From the NCBI GenBank assembly GCA_002269645.1, contig NIVC01000536.1:248001-312000 (forward strand): DNA of 64,000 nt, in the 5' to 3' direction. The stretch is from Macrostomum lignano (Eukaryota). The notes under the pieces are model-generated. The model did not search any database, was not told the DNA's origin, and saw nothing but the letters and a program-made list of their open reading frames with translations. Position numbers and translations under genes: made by a program. Positions 13,860-25,904 of the stretch are shown here, piece by piece. Numbering within the stretch: the stretch's first letter is position 1; each line of letters opens with the position of its first letter.

Positions 13860-14776
13860 TGCACCTGCCTCCCTCTGCACCTCCCTGCCTCCCTCTGCAC
13901 CTCCCAGCCTCCCTCTGCACCTCCCTGCCTCCCTCTGCACCTCCCAGCCTCCCTCTGCACCTCCCAGCCTCCCTCTGCACCTCCCAGCCTCCCTCTGCAC
14001 CTCCCAGCCTCCCTCTGCACCTCCCAGCCTCCCTCTGCACCTCCCTGCCTCCCTCTGCACCTCCCTGCCTCCCTCTGCACCTCCCTGCCTCCCTCTGCAC
14101 CTCCCTGCCTCCCTCTGCATCTCTCCCTGCCTCCCTCCATCTCCCTGCCTCCCTCTGCATCTCTTTGCCTCCCTCTGCACCTCCCTGCCTCCCTCTGCAT
14201 CTCTCTGCCTCCCTCTTCATCTCGCTGCCTTCCTCTGCACCTCCCTGCCTCCCTCTGCATCTCTTTGCCTCCCTCTGCATCTCCCTGCCTCCCTCTTCAT
14301 CTCGCTGCCTTCCTCTGCACCTCCCTGCCTTCCTCTGCACCTCCCTGCCTCCCTCTGCATCTCTCTGCCTCCCTCTTCATCTCGCTGCCTTCCTCTGCAC
14401 CTCCCTGCCTCCCTCTGCACCTCCCTGCCTCCCTCTGCACCTCACTGCCTCCCTCTGCATCTCCCTGCCTCCCTCTGCATCTCCCTGCCTCCCTCTGCAT
14501 CTCCCTGCCTCCCTCCATCTCCCTGCCTCCCTCTGCATCTCCCTGCCTCCCTCTGCATCTCCCTGCCTCCCTCCATCTCCCTGCCTCCCTCTGCACCTCC
14601 CTGCCCCCCTCTGCATCTCTTTGCCTTCCTCTGCACCTCCCTGCCGCCCTCTGCATCTCTTTGCCTTCCTCTGCACCTCCCTGCCTCCCTCTGCATCTCC
14701 CTGTCTCTCTCTGCATATCCCTGCTTCCCTCTGCATCTCCCTGCCTCCCTCTGCATCTCCCTGCCACCCTCTGCAG
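13860..14776. repeat. 20-bp minisatellite (CTCCCTGCCTCCCTCTGCAC)
   Basis: Direct. Confidence 0.95.
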
Positions 14777-15075
14777 CATTCTTGACCTTAAAATTTGTCC
14801 GGTAAACCCGAACCTCAGTCATTTTTGTAGTCAAATTCGACAAAATATCCCAAACAGGTGCGATAACCAGGTGTTAATGCATTATTTGCGATGCAAAAAA
14901 ACTGAATGAATTTCTGCCATATGGTGTGACCTGGCGGCTGTGTTGTTTACGAACTGGGGCATAAGCGGGTTTGCAGTTGTCAAACTTTGCTTAGAAGCTT
15001 ATGGGAAATTTAAATAGATAGTGTAATGATGCCCTGGTGACCTTCTTATTCTGTAGATTGTACTTGCTACAGTGT

Positions 15076-15792
15076 CCCAGGATTAGGGATTAGTGCTACA
15101 GGATTAGGGATTAGGGATTAGGGATCAGGGATCTAGGATCAGGGATCAGGGATCGGGGATCAGGGATCGGGGATCAGGGATCGGGGATCAGGGATCGGGG
15201 ATCAGGGATCGGGGATCAGGGATCGGGGATCAGGGATCGGGGATCAGGGATCGGGGATCAGGGATCGGGGATCAGGGATCGGGGATCAGGGATCGGGGAT
15301 CAGGGATCGGGGATCAGGGATCTGGGGCCAGGGATCGGGGATCAGGGATCGGGGATCGGGGATCAGGGATCGGGGGATCAGGGATCAGGGATCGGGGATC
15401 AGGGATTAGGGATCAGGGATCAGGGATAGAGGATCAGGGATCGAGGATCAGGGATCGGGGATCAGGATTAAGGATCAGGGATCGGGGATCAGGGATCTGG
15501 GATCGGGAATCAGGGATCGGGAATCAGGGATCAGGGATCGGGGGATCAGGGATCAGGGATCGGGGATCGGGGATCGGGGATGGGGATCGGGGATCAGGGA
15601 TCAGGGATCTGGGATCGGGGATCTGGGATCAGGGATCAGGGATTGGGGATCAGGGATCAGGGATCGGGGATCAGGGATCAGGGATCAGGGGTCGGGGATT
15701 AGGGATCTGGGATCGGGGATCAGGGATCAGGGATCGGGGATAGGGGATCTGGGATCGGGGATAGGGGATCTGGGATCGGGGATCTGGGATCA
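15076..15792. repeat. 7-bp G-rich satellite (GGGATCA/GGGGATC/GGGATTA)
   Basis: Direct. Confidence 0.95.
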
Positions 15793-16199
15793 GCAAGAGA
15801 AACAGAGGGTAAGGATTCCACGGCTCTCCACTATTTGATCAAAGTGGTCGGTGGGAGCAGAGATGCGATAACAATCTAAGCGGGGGGAAGCCGGTGCAGA
15901 TCCATTACAGCAGCGGCATTGTGTACTCAATATGTTTTGATTAGAACAAGTTGTTTAATACGAGTCTCTCTTTGCAGAAGCAGCGGTACTGACTGAGGAT
16001 TTGCTTGCTGTTGAAACCAGACGGGCAAACAGAAGACAGCTGGAGCAGAGCGGTGGGAGCTCCTGAAATCCGATCTGATGCTCAGACAGACCAGCATTGC
16101 CGCTGACGCTAACCGAATTTTCTGCTTTTTTATGAAATTGTGACGTTTGGTGTTTTACATTATCTTTGTTCTCCTGTGCAATGGGCTGTGGGCAGCAAG

Positions 16200-17200
16200 A
16201 GGAGAGCGAGAATGGCGAAAGTGGAGAGAGGGGAGAGAGGGGAGGGAGGGACAGAGGAAGGAAGAGAGGGAGAGAGGAAGGGAGAGAGGGAGAGTGGAAG
16301 GGAGAGAGGGAGAGAGGAAGGGAGAGAGTGAGAGAGGAAGGGAGAGAGGAAAGGAGAGAGGGAGAGAGGACGGTAGAGAGGGAGAGAGGAAGGGAGAGAG
16401 AGAGAGGAAGAGAGAGGGAGAGAGAGAAAGGTAGAGAGGGAGAGAGGAAGGGAGAGAGGGAGAGAGGAAGGGAGAGAGGGAGAGAGGAAGGGAGAGAGGG
16501 AGAGAGGAAGAGAGAGTGGGAGAGAGAAAGGTAGAGAGGGAGAGAGGAAGGGAGAGAGGGAGAGAGGAAGGGAGAGAGGGAGAGAGGAAGGGAGAGAGTG
16601 AGAGAGGAAAGGAGAGTTAGAGAGGAAGAGAGAGTGGGAGAGAGAAAGGTAGAGAGGGAGAGAGGAAGGGAGAGAGGGAGAGAGGAAGGGAGAGAGGGAG
16701 AGAGGAAGGGAGAGAGGGAGAGAGGAAGAGAGAGTGGGAGAGAGAAAGGTAGAGAGGGAGAGAGGAAGGGAGAGAGGGAGAGAGGAAGGGAGAGAGGGAG
16801 AGAGGAAGGGAGAGAGTGAGAGAGGAAAGGAGAGTTAGAGAGGAAGAGAGAGTGGGAGAGAGAAAGGTAGAGAGGGAGAGAGGAAGGGAGAGAGGGAGAG
16901 AGGAAGGGAGAGAGGGAGAGAGGAAGGGAGAGAGGGAGAGAGGAAGAGAGAGTGGGAGAGAGAAAGGGAGAGAGTGGGAGAGAGAAAGGGAGAGAGGGAG
17001 AGAGGAAGGGAGAGTGGGAGAGAGGAAAAGAGAGTGGGAGAGAGAAAGGGAGAGAGGGAGAGAGGAAGGGAGAGAGGGAGAGAGAAAGGGAGAGAGGGAG
17101 AGAGAAAGGGAGAGAGGGAGAGAGGAAGGGAGAGAGGGAGAGAGAAAGGGAGAGAGGGAGAGAGAAAGGGAGAGAGGGAGAGAGGAAGGGAGAGTGGGAG
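16200..17200. repeat. ~20-bp GA-rich polypurine array (GGAGAGAGGAAGGGAGAGAG)
   Basis: Direct. Confidence 0.95.
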
Positions 17201-17384
17201 AGACAATGAAAAGCAAGGCACATCGGTAGCATCATCGCACGAAATCTCAATTACAGTGAGCAAGTCAACAGAACAATACACATGTATTCGAAAAAAATTC
17301 AAGGTAAAACTGTAAAAAGGTCATCAGGAACTTTCAATACAGCAGCAAATATCGCACCGCATCCAGTGAATGCTAAATGTTGAT

Positions 17385-17864
17385 TCAAGAAGCCCCAGAC
17401 TCGGTGGCGCCAGCTCCGCTGCTCTCAAATCGCCACTCAATTCCGGGCGCGAACTCGCGGACACCATCGACATAGTCGGCCAGCCAGTCGAATCCCGACT
17501 GCAGCTTGACGGCGCTCTGCGAGGCCAACTCGAAGTCCAGGCCGCTGCTCAGGTCGGCCTCGTCTCCGTCCACCTCCACGGCGGCCAGCAGGCAGTGGTC
17601 CAGCTCGCAGATCAGCCGGCTCTGCCGCCAGTCGATTCTCCAGCTGATGGCCGAATGGATCGCGGCCGACAGGCAGGCGAACAGCGCCGGAGGCGCCGGG
17701 CGTCCAGCCGGACAGGCGCGCAGGCTGGCCCGGCCGGTCTGCGGACAGCCGGCCGAGACGGAGCGCCAGGTGGCGGCGAAGTCGTCCTCGGAGTCCGGCA
17801 GGGGCTCCGGCATCAGGTGCGGCACGGTGAGCACTGGGCGGCTGTGCAGACCCGGCTGGGGCAC
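17385..17864 (-). CDS. MFHAS1: Roco gene exon 5 (last): C-terminal COR region
   Basis: CTCTCTCAG| acceptor, phase 0; VPQPG...SGAS then TGA at 17387-17385. Confidence 0.8.
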   Translation of the reverse strand: MPQPGLHSRPVLTVPHLMPEPLPDSEDDFAATWRSVSAGCPQTGRASLRACPAGRPAPPALFACLSAAIHSAISWRIDWRQSRLICELDHCLLAAVEVDGDEADLSSGLDFELASQSAVKLQSGFDWLADYVDGVREFAPGIEWRFESSGAGATESGAS

Positions 17865-17939
17865 CTGAGAGAGCGGCAGAGGTGAGAGGTGACTACTTGC
17901 CTTCTGGGATATTAATTCCTGAGACTGTAAGGATGAAAC

Positions 17940-18545
17940 TCGGTGTCATTTGGGATAAACTTCCCATCAGTGTCATTGGGATAAAGTTCCCCTTTACTGT
18001 CATTTGGGATAAAGTTCCCCATCAGTGTTATTTGGGATAAAGTTCCCCATCAGTGTTATTTGGGATAAAGTTCCCCTTTTAGTATCATTTGGCATATAAT
18101 TCCCCCTTAGTGTCGTTGGGATAAAATTTCCCATTAGTGTCATGTGGGATAAAATTCTCCATTAGTGTGATTGGGATAAAATTCTCCATTAGTGTGATTG
18201 GGATAAAATTCTCCATTAGTGTGATTGGGATAAAATTACTCATGTGTATCATTTTGGACAAAATTTCCTCTTAGTGTCATTGGAATAAAATTCCCCATTA
18301 GTGTCGGTTGGGATAAAATTCCCATTTCGTATCATTTGGGATAACATTCCCCATTAGTGTCATTTGGGATCAAATTCCCCATTAGTGTCATTTGGGATAA
18401 AATTCCCCATTAGTATCATTTGGGATAAAATTCCCCATTAGCATCGTTTGGGAAAAAATTCCCATGAGTATCATTTGGGATGAACTTCTTCATTTGTGTC
18501 ATTGGGGATAAAACTCCCCAACCTCCAAAATGGAAATAAATCTCC
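17940..18545. repeat. ~30-bp minisatellite (CATTAGTGTCATTTGGGATAAAATTCCCC) in Roco intron 4
   Basis: Direct. Confidence 0.9.
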
Positions 18546-18559
18546 CCAACGCCGCCCAC

Positions 18560-19738
18560 CTGAGGCGGCATGGTGCAGCAGGCGAGCTCCAGCAGCTCCA
18601 GGCAGTGCAGCGCCTCGACCAGCGCCTGCCGCTGACCACCACGGCCGAAGGCGAGGCAGCGCACCAGCGGCCAGGACAGCTGGCCGCGGCTCAAGGCCGC
18701 CTCGCGAGCCTCCTCGTACTCGGCGGCGGACATCCGGCCGCAGGCGCGGAACAGGGCGTTCTCGTTGTAGTCGACAAGAAAGTCGGCCAGGCTGACCGGC
18801 AGCAGGCGGCCGAGAAAGTCGGCCAGCTTGTCTGGCCGGTGGAGAACGAAGTTCCTCAGGCGCCGGTGCCGCCGCAGCCACAGCAGCTGGCCGCTCTCGT
18901 GGTAGAACTCCAGACAGTCGATCAGCTGAGCATCCCGGATGTTCCGCTGGTCGGCGAACTCGACCAGCCAATCCCATTCGATGTAAAGCCCGTCCTGCTG
19001 CTTCACCTGCTCCATGAAGGGCTGCCAGTTGGTGGGCACGTACTTCTGCAGGTGCGGCATGGCCTCCCTGTTGGTGCTCAGCCGCTCCAGATCGTCGCGA
19101 AGTGTCAGAAGGTCCGGCTGAGCCGGCGGGCCCACCGCCGACACCAGGTGGATCCGGGGCTGAAGCCGCAGCTCGGGATTCGAGTCCGCTCGAAGCTGCT
19201 CGAGGCAGCGCGCCAGATCCTCGTCCAGGCTGTCCCGAAGGCGCTGCACCGCGGCCTCGGCCGTCGACTCCGCAGCCAGAGCCGCCTCGACTTCGGAGAC
19301 TTCGGCCAGAATCTCGTCCGCGGAGGTTTCCGTTGCCATGGAGATGGTATCCAACTTAGTGCCGATCAGTTGCACCCGAGCTCCGGGCAGGTGGGCGGCC
19401 AGCAGCCGCAGCCACCGGCTGACCACATCGAACCCGATCTGCTGATACTCGGCGATGTCGAAGACAACGCAGTGAAGCGCCTTCGGGTCCAGCAGCTTCG
19501 CCAGCAGAGGCGCGTAGATCGGGTGACCGCCGGCCTCCAGCAGCACGAACGGGCAGCGGTTCTCGGAGCGCCAGGAGCTCAGCTGGAAGCCGCGGGTCAG
19601 CCCTGACCCGTCCGACTTTGTCGGTGCCGCGTGTCCGAGACGGAGAAGGCGGGCCAGGGAGGTCTTGCCGCTGCCCAGGTCACCAAGGAACACCAGCTTG
19701 CAGGGGCGAAGCTTTGGGGCGTTCTGGATAGCCATGCG
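18560..19738 (-). CDS. MFHAS1: Roco gene exon 4: Roc GTPase plus N-COR
   Basis: P-loop GDLGSGKT, G4 GTKLD, G5 VSA; REAMPHLQKYVPTNWQ and FYHESGQLLW resemble MFHAS1 segments as recalled; phase 0 at both ends. Confidence 0.9.
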
Positions 19739-19854
19739 CTGCGGAGACAGAGGGGTTCAGTGTGAAGGCTTGGAGCTGGTACGTCCTGGGGTTCAGCAAG
19801 TCCTTCATGTACTTCTCCTCAAGTCACCGTCCATTCAGCCCCTTCTGTCTGCCT

Positions 19855-20122
19855 ATATCATTCTCCTCTCTCCCGTCTCTACTTCTCACTAAACACTTGT
19901 CTCCCCTCTCTACTTCTCACTAAACACTTGTCTCCCCTCTCTACTTCTCACTAATCACCTGTCTCCCCTCTACTTCTCACTAATCATCTGTCTCCCCTCT
20001 ACTTCTCACTAATCCCCTGTCTCCCCTCTACTTCTCACTAATCCCCTGTCTCTCCTCTACTTCTCACTAATCATCTGTCTCCCCTCTCTACTTCTCACTA
20101 ATCCCCTGTCTCCCCTCTACTA
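19855..20122. repeat. ~29-31-bp minisatellite (CTACTTCTCACTAATCACCTGTCTCCCCT) in Roco intron 3
   Basis: Direct. Confidence 0.88.
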
Positions 20123-20200
20123 TCAATTTAATATAATTTCAATTTTAGAACGTTAATTTATCAATAAATATTAGTGCCAATAAGTATCTGACCAACTCAC

Positions 20201-20747
20201 CTCCATGTGCGCCCAAATCTTGGCGGGATCCCAGGTGTTCCAAACCTTGGCCGGCGGCTTGTCGATGGGATTATTGTGCAGCCACAGGCCTCGCTTGAAC
20301 AGCCCGCTAAACTGGTGCGCTCGGTCCAGCCCGGCCAGGCCAGCCATCTCCGGCGGGATTGAAGTCAACCGGTTCCCAGTGAGGTCCAGAGTTTGAAGCT
20401 GATCACCCAGGCTGCACAGTGACTTCGGCAACGCATCCAAGCGGTTGCCAGGCAGCAGGAGGGCGGTGAGTTTGGTCAGCTGTCCGATATTGTCCGGCAG
20501 TTTGGCGATGCAATTGAAGCCCAGATCGATGCGTTCGAGTTCGGTGAGGTCGGCCAGCGAGTCCACGAAGGTGAGCTGGTTGTGCCGGGCCAGCAGCACC
20601 CGGAGGCTTCGGAGATCCTTCAGCGCCGGCGGCAGCGTCTTGAAGCCATTGCGGGACACATCGAGTAGGGTGAGCTGGTGGAGAGAGCAGACCGCCTCGG
20701 GAAAGGCTGGGAAATAATTCGCCGCGATGTTCAGCTCAACCAGCGAC
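20201..20747 (-). CDS. MFHAS1: Roco gene exon 3: LRRs
   Basis: LxxLxLxxNxL repeats; CCCCAG|G acceptor (phase 2); GAG|GTGAGT donor (phase 0). Confidence 0.9.
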
Positions 20748-20754
20748 CTGGGGG

Positions 20755-21415
20755 TGTTGGTTCCGGAGTGACTTTACTCTGTGCGCTGCTGCTGGTTCCC
20801 GAGTGACTTTATTCTGTGGGCTGCTGCTGGTTCCCGAGTGACTTTATTCTGTGGGCTGCTGGTTTGTTCCGGAGTGACTTTACTCTGTGCGCTGCTGCTG
20901 GTTCCCGAGTGACTTTATTCTGTGGGCTGCTGCTGGTTCCCGAGTGACTTTACTCTGTGCGCTGCTGCTGGTTCCCGAGTGACTTTATTCTGTGGGCTGC
21001 TGCTGGTTCCCGAGTGACTTTATTCTGTGGGCTGCTGCTGGTTCCCGAGTGACTTTATTCTGTGGGCTGCTGCTGGTTCCCGAGTGACTTTATTCTGTGG
21101 GCTGCTGCTGGTTCCCGAGTGACTTTATTCTGTGGGCTGCTGGTTTGTTCCGGAGTGACTTTATTCTGTGGGCTGCTGCTGGTTCCCGAGTGACTTTATT
21201 CTGTGGGCTGCTGGTTGTTCCAGAGTGACTTTATTCTGTGGACTGCTACGGTTTGTTCCAGAGTGACTTTATTCTGTGGGCTGCTGGTTTGTTCCAGAGT
21301 GACTTTATTCTGTGGGCTGCTACGGTTTGTTCCAGAGTGACTTTATTCTGTGGACTGTTGATTGTTCCAGAGTGACTTTATTCTGTGGGCTGTTGGTTGT
21401 TCCAGGGTGACTTTT
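20755..21415. repeat. 35-bp minisatellite (GGTTCCCGAGTGACTTTATTCTGTGGGCTGCTGCT) in Roco intron 2
   Basis: Direct. Confidence 0.93.
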
Positions 21416-21453
21416 TTGTCGATCTCGCAGAACCGGCCCCGTTCCCAGCTCAC

Positions 21454-22084
21454 CTGGTCAGACTCCTGGGCAACGCGTTCACCTTGCAAGCCTCCAAGTC
21501 CATCTCCAGCAGCTGGGGAATGTGGAACACAACGGACGGTATGTGCTCGGAGGTGAGTTGCTGCCTCTGCAGCATGCCATCGGTTTCAGCGTCAACCCCG
21601 GACGCGAACACGCGATAGTTGATGTGCAGCGTGTGCAGCCGGTTCAGCTCCCGCAGGCTGTCCGGCAGCGAGTCGATGGGGTTCCCGAACAACAGAAGGC
21701 TCTCCAGAGCGTCGCAGCAGACGATCTCCTCCGGCAGAGTCTTGATCCCAGTCTGCGTGGCGTTCAGGTGAACCAGCCGCTCCAGCTTCATGATGTCCGA
21801 CGGGATGGCGCCGACTTTGTTCCGGCTGATGTCGAGTTTCTCCAAGCCGACGATGGACCAGACGGCCGGGGGGATGTGCATCAGGCTGCACTCGGACAGC
21901 AGGAGCTCGCGCAGCTCGGCCATCGTCTCCATCTCCTTTGGCAGGCTGGTGAAGTCCCTCGGATGAGCGCAGCGAAGTCCGTTGCGGCTGAGGTCGAGGT
22001 GCCTCAGCTGGGTCAGGTTGCTGATCTCAGGCGGCAGGCCGCGGATGTTGTTGGAGCTCAGGTTCAGCACAGTGATGTGCGTCT
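21454..22084 (-). CDS. MFHAS1: Roco gene exon 2: LRRs
   Basis: LRR pattern VLNLSSNNIRGLPPEI...; AAACCAG|AG acceptor (phase 1); AG|GTGAGC donor (phase 2). Confidence 0.9.
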
Positions 22085-22239
22085 CTGGTTTGGGGTGGAG
22101 CGCAGTGCGAACTTATGTTGAACTCTCAGCAGCCCTAATGAGCTGTGCATGAGTTGTTAGTCCCCAGTAACTCTCCCTCCTACCCATCTCATCTTCTCTC
22201 CCTCTCTCTGCTTTCCTAACCTACTACTAACCTAACCTC

Positions 22240-23062
22240 GCATCCCCAAGCTACTTCTCTCCTCAATCCCCAAGCTACTTCTCTCCTCAATCCCCAATCC
22301 CCAATCCCCTCAATCCCTCAATCCCCAAGCTATTTCTCTCTTCAATCCCCAAGCTACTTCTCTCCTCAATCCCCAAGCTACTTCTCTCTTCAATCCCCAA
22401 GCTACTTCTCTCTTCAATCCCCAAGCTACTTCTCTCCTCAATCCCCAAGCTATTTCTCTCTTCAATCCCCAAGCTACTTCTCTCCTCAATCCCCAAGCTA
22501 TTTCTCTCCTCAATCCCCAAGCTATTTCTCTCCTCAATCCCCAAGCTATTTCTCTCCTCAATCCCCAAGCTATTTCTCTCCTCAATCCCCAAGCTATTTC
22601 TCTCCTCAATCCCCAAGCTACTTCTCTCTTCAATCCCCAAGCTATTTCTCTCCTCAATCCCCAAGCTATTTCTCTCCTCAATCCCCAAGCTACTTCTCTC
22701 TTCAATCCCCAAGCTACTTCTCTCTTCAATCCCCAAGCTACTTCTCTCTTCAATCCCCAAGCTACTTCTCTCTTCAATCCCCAAGCTACTTCTCTCCTCA
22801 ATCCCCAAGCTACTTCTCTCCTCAATCCCCAAGCTATTTCTCTCTTCAATCCCCAAGCTACTTCTCTCCTCAATCCCCAAGCTATTTCTCTCTTCAATCC
22901 CCAAGCTACTTCTCTCCTCAATCCCCAAGCTATTTCTCTCCTCAATCCCCAAGCTATTTCTCTCCTCAATCCCCAAGCTACTTCTCTCTTCAATCCCCAA
23001 GCTACTTCTCTCTTCAATCCCCAAGCTATTTCTCTCCTCAATCCCCAAGCTACATCTCTCTC
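22240..23062. repeat. 24-bp minisatellite (AATCCCCAAGCTACTTCTCTCCTC) in Roco intron 1
   Basis: Direct. Confidence 0.95.
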
Positions 23063-23108
23063 CCACCCCAAACCTCTTCTCCCCCAGCCTGCCGCAGCCC
23101 GAACTCAC

Positions 23109-23313
23109 TGGCGAACAGAGAGCTCGGTGCCATGGTGAGGCCCTGACTTGAGAAGTCCAACTCGTCCCGGCTCCGCCCCTCCGACTGTCCGATCATCTCG
23201 GACTGCCGCCTGGAGCCGGCCGCTCGCTCTCCAGCATCCGACTGCGCAGCCTCATCTTCAGCGTTATTTTTATCAACCACAGCTGCATCGTTCGCCTCGC
23301 CTACAGATTCCAT
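23109..23313 (-). CDS. MFHAS1: Roco gene exon 1: acidic N-terminus and first LRR ([10 protein letters not shown])
   Basis: ATG at 23313; GCC A|GTGAGT donor in phase 1, matching exon 2. Confidence 0.75.
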
Positions 23314-23734
23314 ATCTCTCTCTCTGAGCTCTTGCCAGCTTAGAAAATGTTCCTCAAGCTAAATGGCAAGCGTCTATACCAACCCCTCTCTATCTCTCCT
23401 TTTTATTAAATACCCTTACTAAGAGGCGGCGAGTGAGGCTAGAAAATCTCAATAGACAGGTCAGCAGGGCAGAGGGAGAGGCGGAGCAGGTCTGAATGAA
23501 TGCAAAATGAGCAAAGGGGTTTCTATATGCGTTGTGTGTAGACTTGCCCTGTCCTGCGCCTGTACAGCAGTTGTGTACTCAGAGAGTTGGTGTGCGCGCA
23601 GACGCCAACCCCTGTTGCCAATATCAACAGATAGAGGAGTGTCAGTTAACAAAGTTTGTCATTTAGTACACTATACCTGCAAACTGCAAAGCATTTCGGC
23701 CATTAATAATGTTTCTTTAACTGGAGCTAAATTT

Positions 23735-24749
23735 AGATCATGCCATAGACAACTGATGCGTTCACGCAAAACGTTGCATCCCAGTTTGCAGAACACTTCG
23801 TGCCCCAGGACTAGAGACAGTTTAAGAATCATCTAGCGATTCTGGGACGACTCTTGCGACTTTTTACCGACTCAACCGACTGTAATGCACCGGAGAGGCG
23901 ACTGTGGAGTCACGAGCCCATCACGTCAGTTACAGAATCGTAAAAGAGTCGTTGCGATAGCGCTTAACTTTCTACTAACTCAAGTAGACTAAATAGAGTT
24001 TTTTCATAAATGTGAAATGCGATTCTAATTCATAAAGTGACGTAGATGCGCTTTAGACGCAGCTCTACAGATTCTACAGCGACTCTGGCACCCCTCAGAT
24101 ACGACTCTGCGGCCCCAGAATCTTTGTAGAAGCCCCCAGAGTCGTAGATATTAAAGCACCTCAAATTTATACTCTTAAGCGACATTTGGTGACTTGAACC
24201 GTGACATCTCGTCGCTTTAGAAAAGCAGAAATCATTAAGCCTGGCATTTCCGCGTCTAGAGTCACTTCTTTCCTATTTTACCTGTGTCATCTGCAATGAC
24301 TCTGAAACGATTCTGGGGCGACGCAAGTGACTCTAAGACGCTTCTTGGTCTAGACACCGTTTTCATCGGGGCACTTAACAATCCGTCTGCATGCAACGTT
24401 ACAAAATGATGCAGAACCACCACCTGATGCAACTTGGCGTTGAGTTGCACAGTGGACGAAATGGACGAAAGACAATGGAAACCTGATCCTTTGTTTTGGC
24501 TTTGGCTGAATCACATCGAGGTCAAGCTGCCGTGAGAACAGTATGTTGCCAGCGCGAGAAAAACTTGACTATCTGGTTGGCCACATATTTCCGCACAGAT
24601 TTGCGTTAGCATTTTAACATTAACGCTATTTGGTCCGCGCTGTGTTCAAATAGAGTTGGCCCGTGCTTGAGTCAATCGGGTTGGGACGAAGTGTCCTGCA
24701 AACTGGGATGCAACGTTTTGCGTACACGCAGCTGTCTATGGCATGATCT
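23735..24749. mobile_element. ~1-kb non-autonomous DNA-transposon-like element with ~70-bp imperfect terminal inverted repeats
   Basis: AGATCATGCCATAGACA..CGCAAAACGTTGCATCCCAGTTTGCAG.ACACTTCGT at 23735 and its reverse complement ending at 24749; no clear TSD. Confidence 0.55.
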
Positions 24750-24781
24750 GAATCAGGCGTCAGCAAACTTTTTCACCTTGA

Positions 24782-24966
24782 GGGCCAGATAGAAAGGCAC
24801 GTCTCATCTATAGCTAATGGTTGCGGGCCAGATAGAAAGGCACGTCTCATCTATAGCTAATGGTTGCGGGCCAGATAGAAAGGCACGTCTCATCTATAGC
24901 TAATGGTTGCGGGCCAGATAGAAAGGCACGTCTCATCTATAGCTAATGGTTGTGGGCCAGATAGAA
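24782..24966. repeat. 43-bp tandem repeat, ~4 copies
   Basis: GGGCCAGATAGAAAGGCACGTCTCATCTATAGCTAATGGTTGC. Confidence 0.9.
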
Positions 24967-25904
24967 AGGAATAGAAAATGAGAGATTAGAGAAGAGAGGA
25001 GAGGCGATAGAAGGAATGAGAGAAAATATAGAAGAGGAGAGAAGAGGGGAGAAAGGAGAGAATAGAGAGAGATAGTTGAGAAGAGACAGAAGCCTTCAGA
25101 GCGGGGCCGGATTGCCATTGTGAAGTGTCTTTGTGTAAACAGGAAGCTTTGGCTGTTCAAATTTTTTGAAAAGCAGAAATCATTAAGCCTGGCATTTCCG
25201 CGTAAAGAGATCAGTGTGATGCGTGAAGGCTGATGAAACTGGAACTAAAGATTTTTGTTATTCTTTTGAAGCACCCCTCGTTATATTCGAGTAAAGTTGT
25301 AAATCTAGAATTAAGAACAATTAAAAACAACAAAGATAAAATTTTTATGGCTTTCTAGCTTACAAGTTAGAAAAAAAAACATGTTTCGTTTGTTTATTTG
25401 ATTGGCCAATTCGGTTTGTTAGCACAAGCACTGATTTTGTGTTTATTTATATTGTGTAAATTAATTACGAATTTAATAAATTACATGTACGTACACGCAT
25501 AGAATACATGCTAGCCGTGCTGGCTACAATACGGTAAAGAGAAAGGGAGGGGAAGGGAGGTCAGGGTGGGGTAGAGGGGTGAGAGGGAGAGATAAGGTAG
25601 GGTGGGAGAGGGAGAGATAAGGAGGGTAGAGAGAGGGCGATAAGGTAGGAAGAAGAAGAAGATAGAAACAAACCCATGTAAACTGCGAGTAGATCGACAA
25701 GCAAAAGCAGAAAATACGCGAAACAACTTTGAGTGCAGCTGCGCTGCGCGGGCAAAAAAGCGAAGCGAAACAATTTTTGCAATGCGATGAGAAGCGAATG
25801 CAGTGCAAGCGAACTGAATCACCAACTTGTGGCTTTGGTGATCAACATTATTTATTTAGGTGTGCCTTGTCTGAGGCGATTTTGAAGTTCAGAGGCCGAT
25901 GCAT

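Noticed and set aside
18530-19606. 358-aa plus-strand ORF, and other antisense ORFs over 9.9-12.4, 21.5-22.1 and 31.9-32.5 kb
   Set aside because: Shadow ORFs antisense to GC-rich coding exons.
20755-21415. CRISPR-like regular 30-45-bp repeats (also 36160-37030, 45765-46600, 62512-63390)
   Set aside because: Units are head-to-tail with no unique spacers, there are no cas genes, and they lie in eukaryotic introns or spacers.
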